From Promethearchaeota archaeon (GTDB lineage Archaea > Asgardarchaeota > Lokiarchaeia > Sigyniarchaeales > SOKP01), in the NCBI GenBank assembly GCA_016839555.1, contig JAEOUA010000003.1:384001-448000 (forward strand): a stretch of 64,000 nt of DNA. Direction: 5' to 3'. This document shows, piece after piece, positions 30,452 to 40,233 of this stretch. The position numbers and the translations under genes are program-made. Each line of letters begins with the position of its first letter. Within the stretch, counting starts at the first letter, position 1. The notes beneath the pieces are model-generated. The model ran no database searches. It had not been told where the DNA came from and saw only the letters and a list, made by a program, of their open reading frames with translations.

Positions 30452-31783
30452 TTAGGATTTTGATAAATCTCTTCTTAAAATCTTTATTTTCTTTTTAAGT
30501 TCAACGATTTCCTTATCTTTTTTTTCAATTGAAGTTTCCAATTTCAAGTTCTTATCTTTAGTTTCTTGCAAATCAGTCAGTATTTTGTCTTCAATTTTCT
30601 CTCCCTCCATTAACTTCATTTTTAATTGTTCATTTTCATTTTTCATTGTTTTTAGTGATTCATCTCTTTCTTCCACCATGTTTCTCAAATTCGAGATTTC
30701 CACCTCAAATTTACCAAATTCCTTGCCGGTTTGTTGATCCTTTTGTTCAAGTTTTGTTTCCAAACGATTTATATATTCTTGCTTTGAAATAATATCTTGC
30801 TTTAATTTTTCATTATTTAAAACTAATGTGTTTAGTTTTTCTTTTTTAGTTTTAAGATCTTTTTCAAGTAAATTCATATTTTCTAATTGCTGCATTAGCT
30901 CCCCTTTATTATCGTTCAATTGAGCTAAGGAGTTTTGGAGTTCAAAAATCTCCTTTTCCTTTTTTGTAAGAAGCTCATCTTTTTTTTCCACTAAAATTTC
31001 TAATTTTTCATATTTAGCTTTTTGAACAGAATCACGTTTTATATATTGGATTTGCTCTTTTAAATCATCAATTTCTTGCTTTTTTTCCTCTATCTGGTTC
31101 ATTAGAACTACACTTTCTTTTTGCGTTGTTTTTAATGATTCTAATTTATTCCTTGTTTGCTTAAGCTCTTGATTTTTTTCTTTTAATGAATTATTAATTT
31201 GTTCAATTTGGTTTTGAAGAATTTTAATTTGAGAATTAAGATTTTGAATAGATTTTTCCTTATCTTCAAGTTGAGTGTTTAATTCATCAACTTCTTGCTC
31301 CTTATTAGTTAATTCCTGTTTTAGATCTTTGATTTCAATTGCTTGGGCTTCTTTAACTTCAATCTCTTGATTTAATTCTTCTGTTGTTGTTTCTAATTTT
31401 GTGATTTGCGTCTCCTTTTCTTGAATAGAATTCTCTTTATTTTCAAATTGGGAAAGTAATTCTTCAATTTCCTGATCCTTATTTTTTAGATCTTCTTTTA
31501 AATTTCGTATCTCATCCGATTGAGTTTCTTTTTGAACAATATCCTCAGTTATATCTTTAATTTTTTGTTCTAATTCATTTTTCTCTTCTGAAAGCGTATT
31601 AATTTGTTCTTTTAATTTTTTATTTTGCTCTTGTAATAAATTCAGCTGCTCTGAAACAGTTTTCTCATCTTTGAGGTCTGACTTTTTTGTTTCCTCTTCC
31701 ACCCACCCTAAAGAAGAGAGTGCATCTGAGATGGGATTATCTTCTTTCTTTTCTTCGGAATTATTATTATTATTTTCTCCCAT
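30452..31783 (-). CDS. long coiled-coil protein
   Basis: about 400 aa of continuous E/K/L/Q heptads with an internal 59-aa duplication. Confidence 0.8.
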   Translation of the reverse strand: MGENNNNNSEEKKEDNPISDALSSLGWVEEETKKSDLKDEKTVSEQLNLLQEQNKKLKEQINTLSEEKNELEQKIKDITEDIVQKETQSDEIRNLKEDLKNKDQEIEELLSQFENKENSIQEKETQITKLETTTEELNQEIEVKEAQAIEIKDLKQELTNKEQEVDELNTQLEDKEKSIQNLNSQIKILQNQIEQINNSLKEKNQELKQTRNKLESLKTTQKESVVLMNQIEEKKQEIDDLKEQIQYIKRDSVQKAKYEKLEILVEKKDELLTKKEKEIFELQNSLAQLNDNKGELMQQLENMNLLEKDLKTKKEKLNTLVLNNEKLKQDIISKQEYINRLETKLEQKDQQTGKEFGKFEVEISNLRNMVEERDESLKTMKNENEQLKMKLMEGEKIEDKILTDLQETKDKNLKLETSIEKKDKEIVELKKKIKILRRDLSKS

Positions 31784-31832
31784 ATATCAAGTTCACATTT
31801 TAAGTTTGATAGAATATATATAGAAATTTTTC

Positions 31833-32348
31833 CTAAAATTCTTTATCTTTCTCATCTGAAATTTTAAAGACAAATTTTCGATCAAGAAAAAATTTCGTAA
31901 TATAACCTACTGATAATGCTACTACAATACTTACCTCTAATGGGGTTTGAATAAAATTCGTAAGAAGGAATTGAATTCCGATATTTTCCAAGGTTGTCAA
32001 GATAGCAAATAGAAAATATTTCAGGAATTCAAAAGATGTTTCTTTCAATTTTATTTCCTTTTTTTGAAACACAATGAATTTGTCAAGAATATATTTCACG
32101 AGGTAGGTTATCCCTACAGCTATAACTGAGCCAATTAATTCGGGCATATTATAGGGATAAATAGAGCAATAAAAATTATAAACAAAATTGATATGATCTA
32201 GACTTTCACAAATTAATGGTGCAAAAAATAATTGATTAGATTTTTGTATTAGATAATTTAGTAAAATCATGCAAATAGCGAATAAAAAATACAGAAAAAT
32301 TTGTTTTCTAATATCATTATCTTTCTGGATATCATTGTTTTTTTCCAT
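31833..32348 (-). CDS. GtrA family membrane protein
   Basis: duplicated K(Y/F).LD(K/R).FVF motif, 4 TM. Confidence 0.8.
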   Translation of the reverse strand: MEKNNDIQKDNDIRKQIFLYFLFAICMILLNYLIQKSNQLFFAPLICESLDHINFVYNFYCSIYPYNMPELIGSVIAVGITYLVKYILDKFIVFQKKEIKLKETSFEFLKYFLFAILTTLENIGIQFLLTNFIQTPLEVSIVVALSVGYITKFFLDRKFVFKISDEKDKEF

Positions 32349-32357
32349 AATAATTAC

Positions 32358-32669
32358 CTATTTCTCGAATTTATACCCGCAAATAGGGCAAAAATTATAA
32401 TTTTCATCAATTATTTCTGCTCTACAGTTAGGACAATACAGTATTTTTTTTTCTTGCTGATTTTGATAGTTTTTAATTTTTGATCTGAGATTACTTTCAT
32501 TAGATTCCTCAGATTGATCCCTTCGTTCTGAGGTATCTCTTAGACTATAAGTCATTGGAAGAATACAAAATAGGGGAAATAAAAAGAATCCATTAATGAA
32601 TATAGTTAAAAGAAGAGAGATAATTGTAATGATAATTGCAATAATAAGACAGAGTATATTTAATCTCAT
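32358..32669 (-). CDS. membrane-anchored zinc-ribbon protein
   Basis: N-terminal hydrophobic hairpin and YCPNC...FCPICG. Confidence 0.75.
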   Translation of the reverse strand: MRLNILCLIIAIIITIISLLLTIFINGFFLFPLFCILPMTYSLRDTSERRDQSEESNESNLRSKIKNYQNQQEKKILYCPNCRAEIIDENYNFCPICGYKFEK

Positions 32670-32740
32670 AATAAAAAGTAATTAATATTGTTAAGTAAAA
32701 TAGATATTAGTTAATATATAAAGATTAGTTTTGAGAGTAT

Positions 32741-33373
32741 TTAATCTAATCTCTCTTTCCATGCATCGGTTTTATTATTTTCTAATTCTTGACTACTTCT
32801 TGTTTCTGATTCAGCTTTTTCCATTTCTGAATTTTTAGACTTTATTATATCATCATATTGTATTATTCCCTCTCCAGAAGTTTCTTGTGAGGCAGGAGAA
32901 AGCATTTCCATCATTTCTTTCGTCATACTTGCTTTTTGTTTTCCTGTGATTTTTTTGTAAATAAATGTAATAAGATAAAAAATTAGAGAAAATGCAAGCG
33001 AAAAAAGAAAATAAAGAACAAACCAACCGCTTCCAAAAAGAGGTATCTCAAAAGGCAATAATCCCGAACTATAATCAGAGTATACAAAACTTAATCCTAT
33101 AAATATACCAATAAATATAAAACAACGAATACACATTGGAATAAATTGTCGTTTCATCATATCTTTTGTAAGCGCCATTGCTTCCATCTGAACTTCCTGC
33201 ATCATCCGAGGGTCTCCAATCATCTGAGCATTCTTTAATCTCTCTTGTAAATTTTTAGCTTTCATTCTCCTTTCCTTCATTTTGCTTCCTGTTAAACCAA
33301 AGATATAATTAAAAGCTAAACCAAGGGCTACCATACCCAAGCTTATTAGCATAATTTGAATCCATACTTCCAT
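32741..33373 (-). CDS. EMC3/TMCO1 (DUF106, Oxa1-superfamily) membrane insertase-like protein
   Basis: TM1, Met-rich coiled-coil hairpin, QFIPM-TM2, LPF..P..GW..LYFL.S TM3. Confidence 0.82.
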   Translation of the reverse strand: MEVWIQIMLISLGMVALGLAFNYIFGLTGSKMKERRMKAKNLQERLKNAQMIGDPRMMQEVQMEAMALTKDMMKRQFIPMCIRCFIFIGIFIGLSFVYSDYSSGLLPFEIPLFGSGWFVLYFLFSLAFSLIFYLITFIYKKITGKQKASMTKEMMEMLSPASQETSGEGIIQYDDIIKSKNSEMEKAESETRSSQELENNKTDAWKERLD

Positions 33374-33452
33374 TTTTATACACCTTTACATAGATATATG
33401 TACTAAATAATTTAAACATCTTTGTTTAATTTTAAATGAATTATAATTATAG

Positions 33453-34541
33453 CTATAAATTTCCACGAATAATATTTCTAATATACTTTTCAAAAAGAGT
33501 GGGCCATTTAGCACTAAGGCTTGAACTAATTGCACATCCAAGGCGACAACCGTCACAAAAAGTGAAATTATCATGCCTTTTCATAATTGTTTTCACTTTC
33601 TTTGAATTAAATACTGATTGTAAGGATTTAGTTAGAGCATTGAAATTAATAATTGGATGAATTTTGCAAGGAAAACTAATAGTACCATCATGTCGTATAA
33701 AAAGGTATGTTTCTGCCACATGACAGCGCATGATTTCTTGGTTTTTAGGAACGCCTCCAAATCCACCGCCTTCAATAACTTGAATGCTATATCTATCTGT
33801 GAGTATATTTTTATACTTTTTTTGTAAAAAGCTAACAAATTTTGCCCAAAGATGTAAATCAGGAATAAGATTATTCAGATTTTCTGCCTGAAATTTATTT
33901 CCATTGTAAGTTCTAATAATATTTTCACAAGGATACATCTCAATCGAACAATTAAAATTTTTAGCTAGATCGCATATTTTTGGAAGAAATTTTATATTTG
34001 ATCTCATCACATTTGTACTGATGATTATCTTAATATTTTTTTTATTTGCTAACTTAATTGATTCGAGAACTTTATTGAAAACAGATATTCCACGAATTTT
34101 ATCATGTTGCTCAGCAAAAGGGAAATCTAGTGAAATAAGGATATAATTTAATCCTTTTAAAAGATTATTCTTAAATAAGTAAGGTAAATGATAACCATTT
34201 GTAGCTAAACCTGTTATTAAATTTTTATGTATTCCCGCATATCTAATTAATTCTGGTAAATCTTCTCTAAGAGTTGGCTCTCCACCCGTAAAAGAAAGAG
34301 AAATAATTCCTAATTCAGCAATTTGATTAATAATATATTTAATTTGATCTGTTGTCATTTCATGTTGCTTTAGCCCTTCAGGAATGGTGGGAATATAGCA
34401 AAATTGACAATTCGCATTACAGCGCAGAGTTATTTCGATTTGTGCAGAATAAGGAATTTTTCTCTCTGTAAAAGTATTAAGTAGAAAATTTCTAAAATAA
34501 ATAAGAAATTTCTTTTTTATATTTATCAAGGGAAATACCAC
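33453..34541 (-). CDS. radical SAM protein with C-terminal SPASM/Twitch-like Cys cluster
   Basis: CNANCQFC, FTGGEP, TNG; C...C...CDGCRLGC. Confidence 0.92.
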   Translation of the reverse strand: MVFPLINIKKKFLIYFRNFLLNTFTERKIPYSAQIEITLRCNANCQFCYIPTIPEGLKQHEMTTDQIKYIINQIAELGIISLSFTGGEPTLREDLPELIRYAGIHKNLITGLATNGYHLPYLFKNNLLKGLNYILISLDFPFAEQHDKIRGISVFNKVLESIKLANKKNIKIIISTNVMRSNIKFLPKICDLAKNFNCSIEMYPCENIIRTYNGNKFQAENLNNLIPDLHLWAKFVSFLQKKYKNILTDRYSIQVIEGGGFGGVPKNQEIMRCHVAETYLFIRHDGTISFPCKIHPIINFNALTKSLQSVFNSKKVKTIMKRHDNFTFCDGCRLGCAISSSLSAKWPTLFEKYIRNIIRGNL

Positions 34542-34764
34542 CAGAAAAACTTATATACATAATAAAATCATCCTTAAAAATTATTAAATTTAACTTTTCA
34601 ATTTATAAAAATAAAGAAAAAAAGAAAAGAAAATGGATTTTTAAATAAATTATTATTTAAAATTTAGCTCAGGAACCATAATTAAGCCATTAAATAATTC
34701 AGAAACAATTTATTCAATACTTTTTATGGTTTAAAATTTTATGAAAAGAATCATTAAAATCAAT

Positions 34765-35118
34765 TTAACGAACTTCTGTGCCGCATCTTTTGCAAACATA
34801 TTTTTTCGCATAAATTTTCAATCCGCCTTGTTGATGAAGCACCCGAGATTTATCTGATTCTTCCTTAAAATCTGTTCCGCCACAATTTGGACAAACTCGC
34901 CTTCCTTCTATTTTTATTAGCCCACTCTCTACTTCTTCCTTCTCCTTTTCTTTTTTAGCAACTTCAGAAGGTTTTTTTGTTGAAATTGATTCGATTTTTA
35001 TCGAAGATTCTTCAGATTTAATTGAGGCCGAAGATTGACCAGATCCAAGCAAAGAATCTAATTTCTCATTCATTGTTTCAAGAAGATTTATAACTTTTTT
35101 TTCAAATTCCTCAGACAT
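34765..35118 (-). CDS. small protein: N-terminal short coiled coil, linker and Zn ribbon homologous to the gelsolin tail
   Basis: EGRRVCPNCG...DK...YAKKYVCKRCGTE; AGGAG RBS. Confidence 0.82.
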   Translation of the reverse strand: MSEEFEKKVINLLETMNEKLDSLLGSGQSSASIKSEESSIKIESISTKKPSEVAKKEKEKEEVESGLIKIEGRRVCPNCGGTDFKEESDKSRVLHQQGGLKIYAKKYVCKRCGTEVR

Positions 35119-35196
35119 TTTAATATCTCCTTAATTTCAATTTACATATAATATCTAAGAAATGTCTTTTATATTTATGTTATTTTTAAAATTTTA

Positions 35197-35529
35197 TTAA
35201 AAGCTAACTTTAGAGAAAAATTTTTTTCCTTGAGCTTCTATTAAACACTTTTTTCCTTTTGGACTTATTTTAAGAATAGCCTTATCGATAACTTTAATGG
35301 GGATTCCTTCTTTCAAGAGAACTTCATGAAACCATTTTATAATTGATTTATAATATCTCTCTACATCATCACCTCTCAAATCTGGGGTAAAAATACCAGA
35401 TATTAAATCAATTGTAATCTTATTTTCCGGAGTATAATGATAGAAAGGATCTACCATATATCCCTTGTCATCTCCTGAGGATTCCCTCATTATTTGATTT
35501 ACCACCGAATTTAAACGATTTAACTTCAT
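35197..35529 (-). CDS. hypothetical protein
   Basis: 110-aa ORF with normal composition, co-oriented with its neighbours. Confidence 0.65.
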   Translation of the reverse strand: MKLNRLNSVVNQIMRESSGDDKGYMVDPFYHYTPENKITIDLISGIFTPDLRGDDVERYYKSIIKWFHEVLLKEGIPIKVIDKAILKISPKGKKCLIEAQGKKFFSKVSF

Positions 35530-35667
35530 CTAACTCATTTTATAAAAGAAATAAATAATATATGGAATCAATAAAAGATATAAATATAATTTTTTTTTAT
35601 TAAATCCAAAAAATTTGCTTGTTTTTCTAAATTAAATATTTAAATTATTTTTTTTAATTGAATATTA

Positions 35668-36114
35668 TTATCTTCTTTTACCTTCTACTTTTTCTAAGTA
35701 ATCCAAAATAGCTTCTTTAATTTCCTTAGCGGGATAAATTTTACGATATTGATAGACATAATTTAGGGCATCTTCCCATGTCCATTCAGGATGCTCTTTT
35801 AATAACCAGGCAATTATAATAGCGCCACTCCTAGATATACCCATCGAACAATGAACTAGTACTTTTCCATTTTTTATATGTACATCAATGAAATCTAAAA
35901 TTTCAGCTAAAAATTCATGAGGCGGATAAGTATCATCTGGGAATCCCTTAAATAGGTAAGCAAAATTATTTGGGGGTTCATAAAGCTCATCTTCCATTAA
36001 ATTAACTATAGCAGTAATCTTTTTTTTATTCAACTTCTCAAAATTAATTTGAGGCCAATATGCACCAATATACAGTCTTTCGGTAATTTGATAGATATCA
36101 TCCAGATCCGGCAT
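35668..36114 (-). CDS. dual-specificity protein phosphatase
   Basis: VHCSMGISRS (CX5R) motif, ITERLYIG. Confidence 0.93.
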   Translation of the reverse strand: MPDLDDIYQITERLYIGAYWPQINFEKLNKKKITAIVNLMEDELYEPPNNFAYLFKGFPDDTYPPHEFLAEILDFIDVHIKNGKVLVHCSMGISRSGAIIIAWLLKEHPEWTWEDALNYVYQYRKIYPAKEIKEAILDYLEKVEGKRR

Positions 36115-36194
36115 GGCTTATAATGTAAATTTAATCTATGATAAATAGTTTATATAATCTCTCTAAAAAAAGTTAAGTTGAATAAAATATTGAA

Positions 36195-36590
36195 TTAATC
36201 TTCTACCTTTGGTAAATCGCGACTGGCAATAATATTACAATTTTCTCCAGCAACATGCTCGATCAAAATGTCTCCCATTTTAATAGGGGCATCTACCTCT
36301 GTTAATGCTATTTCTTGAAAAGCTTCATCCAGTTTTTCCTTTAGTATTGGTTTATCAACGCGAACAGGTATTAATGGCAACAAGCCATTTCTTACCCTTA
36401 TTGTGGTTGTGAGCACTCTTTTTGGAGCAAAGAATTCTTGTTTAGCATATTCTAAACCTCGGTTACACGTATATCCCTCAAAAGTGACTTCTCCATCGGG
36501 CATTTCTTTGACTTCTATTTCGCAACCTGTAGGGCACACAATACACCTTATTGTTTCTATTACTCCCCTATCTTCGCATTGTTCTTCCAT
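36195..36590 (-). CDS. DUF1667 protein (small Cys subunit of GlpA-like complex)
   Basis: CIVCPTGC...CNRG..YA..E...PKRVLTTT; ATG 36590 avoids a 23-bp overlap with the upstream gene. Confidence 0.88.
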   Translation of the reverse strand: MEEQCEDRGVIETIRCIVCPTGCEIEVKEMPDGEVTFEGYTCNRGLEYAKQEFFAPKRVLTTTIRVRNGLLPLIPVRVDKPILKEKLDEAFQEIALTEVDAPIKMGDILIEHVAGENCNIIASRDLPKVED

Positions 36591-36594
36591 TTGG

Positions 36595-37902
36595 TTATTC
36601 ACCATCCTCCTCATCAATTAAAGGTTCAGGTTGAGGTACCACGTCAATAATTAAATCACTACATGTGGGATTAATTTCTAAACTTTGGAGATTAAGTTTT
36701 AATTCCACCATTTCACTAGGGATTACATAACGTTTTCTACGCTTATAAAGAACCCGATTAGTTTCATCCTTGATTTGTATTTGAACTCTTCTATCTGGTT
36801 GTTTAACTCTAAAAGTGAATATGATTTCTTTATTTAAATCTGAGCTATTTATATAATCTGGTTTGACATAATTTACGTTTTCTCCCGAGTTACAATGGAT
36901 TTTTGTAACTTTTCCCAATTCTTTCTTAAAACGTATTTTTATATATTCTACTGCATTATTTCCTGCCCGTTTAGATTCTGCACTTACTAGATCAACAAGA
37001 TCATGGACTTGCAGTACATTACCACAAGCAAATACCCCCTCGATCGAAGTCTCCAAGTTATTATCGACGGCAGGACCGCCCATGCGAGTCATTTCTGCCC
37101 CCATTTGTCGTGTTAATTCATTCTCAGGGATTAACCCAACAGATAACAATAATGCGTCGCATTCGAAAAACTTATCTGATCCTACTATGCGGTCAAAATT
37201 CCTATCGACTTTACTTACCGTAACTCCTTTGAGCCTATCCTTTCCGTGGATTTTAGTTACGGTAAATCCGGTGATTAGAGGTATATTATAGTCCTCGAGG
37301 CATTGAACTTGATTTCTTATTAGTCCGCTCACATAGGGTAATATTTCCACCACAGCATTCACTTTACATCCTTCCCATGTTAATCTCCTTGCCATTATCA
37401 TTCCAATATCACCACTGCCAAGAATTACTATACTTTTTCCAGGTAAATAACCCTCTATATTTACAAATCTTTGAGCCTGCCCGGCAGTAAAGACACCTGC
37501 AGGTCGAAATCCAGGAATATTTATATTACCTCGTGTACGTTCTCGACATCCCATTGCTAAAATAATTGCTTTAGCTGAGATTTGAATGACCCCTTCTTTT
37601 TTATTTACAGCATAGATTATCTTATTGGGTGTGATTTCAAGCACCATAGTATCGGTTTTGTAAGAAATACCTAACTCTTTCACTTCATTAATAAATCTTT
37701 GAGCATATTCGGGTCCTGCTAATTCTTCTTTAAATTCTGTAAGCCCAAATCCTGCATGTATACACTGTAATAAAATACCTCCTAATTCACGAGCTCTCTC
37801 AATAATCAATGGTTCATAATTTGCTTTTTTTACTTCAATAGCAGCAGCTAATCCTGCAGCACCACCTCCAATTATTGCCACATCAGTATCATATTTTTTC
37901 AA
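36595..37902 (-). CDS. NAD(P)/FAD-dependent oxidoreductase (second subunit of GlpA-like complex)
   Basis: GGGAAG, GGIL.QCIH.GFG, GCRERTRG, GSGDIG, GNVLQVHDLVD. Confidence 0.9.
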   Translation of the reverse strand: MKKYDTDVAIIGGGAAGLAAAIEVKKANYEPLIIERARELGGILLQCIHAGFGLTEFKEELAGPEYAQRFINEVKELGISYKTDTMVLEITPNKIIYAVNKKEGVIQISAKAIILAMGCRERTRGNINIPGFRPAGVFTAGQAQRFVNIEGYLPGKSIVILGSGDIGMIMARRLTWEGCKVNAVVEILPYVSGLIRNQVQCLEDYNIPLITGFTVTKIHGKDRLKGVTVSKVDRNFDRIVGSDKFFECDALLLSVGLIPENELTRQMGAEMTRMGGPAVDNNLETSIEGVFACGNVLQVHDLVDLVSAESKRAGNNAVEYIKIRFKKELGKVTKIHCNSGENVNYVKPDYINSSDLNKEIIFTFRVKQPDRRVQIQIKDETNRVLYKRRKRYVIPSEMVELKLNLQSLEINPTCSDLIIDVVPQPEPLIDEEDGE

Positions 37903-39407
37903 CCTTCTTCTACACCCTCCGCTATTTCTTTATGTTCCATTTTTTTAATTTTTTTCAATCTAATATCTTTTGTTTTGGCAATGAGATAATTCGAATCTTC
38001 TCCTTTTTTAGTTATTGCTTGAAATGGGCGATTTAGTTCACGTGCGAGGATTTCCATAACTTTTGGGCGACAAAATCCTCCTTGACAGCGTCCCATACCC
38101 GGTCTACAGCGAAATTTGATTCCATCAACCGTAGTTGCACCCACAGGGGCATGTATTGCATTGAGTATCTCTGCCTCTGGCACTGTTTCACATCGGCATA
38201 TAATTCTTCCCCACGCGGGATTTTCATATATTTTTTTGTCAAGCTCTTCCTTTGTAAAATCTGATAGTTGCTCTGGTTTAGGTCTAATGGGGTTGTAATT
38301 CTCTTTTTCTTTTAATTGAACTCCTAATAATTTAAGAAACTCCTCCACTCTTTCTGCTATAGCATAACAAGAGGTAAGTCCAGGTGATAAAATACCCCCA
38401 ACATTAATAAAACCATAAATATCGGTATTATCAATAATAAAATCTTCTTTTTGAGAAACCGCCCGAAGTCCCGCAAAATTTCGAATAGAGGCTCTTACTG
38501 GTAAATTCTTCACTAATTTTTGAGCCCCCTCTAATATCTCTTTTAATCCTGCTGTGGTTGTCGATATATCCTCCAAATCAAATATATTTTGAGCATTCGG
38601 TCCCGCAAATGAGTTGCCATGCATCGTAGGGCATACCAAAATTCCTTTCGATACTTTAGTAGGTATAGGAAATAAAACTTTCTGTAATTGGAGTTCATTA
38701 CGATCAAATAGAATATATTCCCCTTTTCTTGGTTCTATATTGAAATAATCTAATCCAAGCATTTTGGAGATATTTGCTGAATATACTCCTGCACAATTAA
38801 TTAGATTTTTGCTTTTGATTTCTTTTCTTTTTGTTGTAATAAAGAAGGTATACTCACTATGATTAATTTTAATAACTTCATGATTTCTAAAAAACTTCAC
38901 ACCATTCATCGCGGCATTTTCTGCCAAAGCGAAGGTCATTTCATAAGGGCTTACAATACCAGCAGAGGGAGCGTGTAATACTGCTTCTACATCATCAGTA
39001 AGATTTGGTTCCATCTCTAAAATTTTCTTTTTATCAAAAATAAGCTCGAGACCAAGCACACCATCTTCTATCCCTTTTTTTCGTTCTTCTTCTAACTTTT
39101 TTATTTGCTCTGGTTCAACAGCTATTACAAAAGAGCCAATCCGCTTAAAAGGAAAATTTAATTCTTTTGCTGCTTGGGTATATAATTTATTTCCACGGAT
39201 ACATAAATCTCTTTTTAAATATTTTCTTTCTGCAGCATATCCTGCATGAATCACTCCTGAATTTCCTTTAGTTGTCCCCATCGCGATATCTGCTTCCTTT
39301 TCTAAGAGGCAGATTTTTAAATCATATTTACTTAACGTACGGGCTATGCAGCATCCAATTACTCCTCCGCCAATTATGGCGATATCATATATATCTGAGG
39401 ATGACAC
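37899..39407 (-). CDS. FAD-dependent oxidoreductase, glycerol-3-phosphate dehydrogenase (GlpA)/LhgO-like, with BFD-like [2Fe-2S] domain
   Basis: GGGVIG, TKGNSGVIHAG, SPGLT, ICRCE...GMGRCQGGFC. Confidence 0.88.
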   Translation of the reverse strand: MSSSDIYDIAIIGGGVIGCCIARTLSKYDLKICLLEKEADIAMGTTKGNSGVIHAGYAAERKYLKRDLCIRGNKLYTQAAKELNFPFKRIGSFVIAVEPEQIKKLEEERKKGIEDGVLGLELIFDKKKILEMEPNLTDDVEAVLHAPSAGIVSPYEMTFALAENAAMNGVKFFRNHEVIKINHSEYTFFITTKRKEIKSKNLINCAGVYSANISKMLGLDYFNIEPRKGEYILFDRNELQLQKVLFPIPTKVSKGILVCPTMHGNSFAGPNAQNIFDLEDISTTTAGLKEILEGAQKLVKNLPVRASIRNFAGLRAVSQKEDFIIDNTDIYGFINVGGILSPGLTSCYAIAERVEEFLKLLGVQLKEKENYNPIRPKPEQLSDFTKEELDKKIYENPAWGRIICRCETVPEAEILNAIHAPVGATTVDGIKFRCRPGMGRCQGGFCRPKVMEILARELNRPFQAITKKGEDSNYLIAKTKDIRLKKIKKMEHKEIAEGVEEG

Positions 39408-39480
39408 TTAAATCAATTCCTAACTATTGATAAATTTATTAAATGAACTAATTAAGATCCATTTAAAGTTTAATGTATAG

Positions 39481-39542
39481 AATATTCAGAACTCTTTAAA
39501 TATTTATAATTTAATGTAAAAAATATTTAGGACTCTTTAAAT
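39481..39542. promoter_or_regulatory. 21-bp direct repeat pair upstream of the GlpA-like operon (candidate operator)
   Basis: aatattcagaactctttaaat (39481) / aatatttaggactctttaaat (39522), 2 mismatches. Confidence 0.45.
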
Positions 39543-39611
39543 CCTTTTAGTAAAATAAGAAATCTTAACGTATCGTTTAGAAAAAGCTTATTATAATTTA
39601 GAATATATCAA

Positions 39612-39920
39612 TTATAGTATGTACACAAGTAATAACCAAAAAATATTGAATAAAACCGCTGCAATAATTAAAATTTTTGTAATAGGATTAAATATTGTAT
39701 TTTTTAATGATTTATTCGTCTCTAACTGAAGCTGATCTTTAAGGATATTATTAAATGAAGAATTTTTCGGATATAAGCTTCTATCTAAATGGTAGGAGCC
39801 TAAAAAACTAGGTTTCGATAAGGCTTCAATAGATCTCTCTAAATTATTAGAAGCAAGAATCTTTTTTCGATTTTCCTCTTTTTTTAATTCGAAATCTTTT
39901 TCCAATTCCTTCTTATCCAT
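39612..39920 (-). CDS. small tail-anchored membrane protein
   Basis: soluble N-terminus, single C-terminal TM ending at the stop. Confidence 0.7.
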   Translation of the reverse strand: MDKKELEKDFELKKEENRKKILASNNLERSIEALSKPSFLGSYHLDRSLYPKNSSFNNILKDQLQLETNKSLKNTIFNPITKILIIAAVLFNIFWLLLVYIL

Positions 39921-40080
39921 AATGAAATGCTTGTTTATTTTAAAGTATCTTATTATTAAATAAGCAGCCTCTTCTTAAAATTTTTATCCTTTTATTAGAT
40001 AAAAATAAGAATTCTATAAAAATAACGAGTGAAAGTTAAGGTATTTGGAAATTTTTATTGAATATAGAATTTTTTTAATA

Positions 40081-40233
40081 TTAATGATAAGAAACGAGTT
40101 CTTTCATTTTTCCGTTTTCTTTAAGCTCTAAATCAACCTCTACTCTATAAGGATCGATATACCATATATAATCGTCTAATTCTACGATTTGTATTGGTTC
40201 ATCATCAACATATACAATGAAAGAATCTATCAT
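40081..40233 (-). CDS. unannotated 50-aa acidic small protein
   Basis: MIDSFIVYVDDEPIQIVELDDYIWYIDPYRVEVDLELKENGKMKELVSYH*; AGGTG RBS-like site upstream; below the ORF-track cut-off. Confidence 0.6.
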   Translation of the reverse strand: MIDSFIVYVDDEPIQIVELDDYIWYIDPYRVEVDLELKENGKMKELVSYH

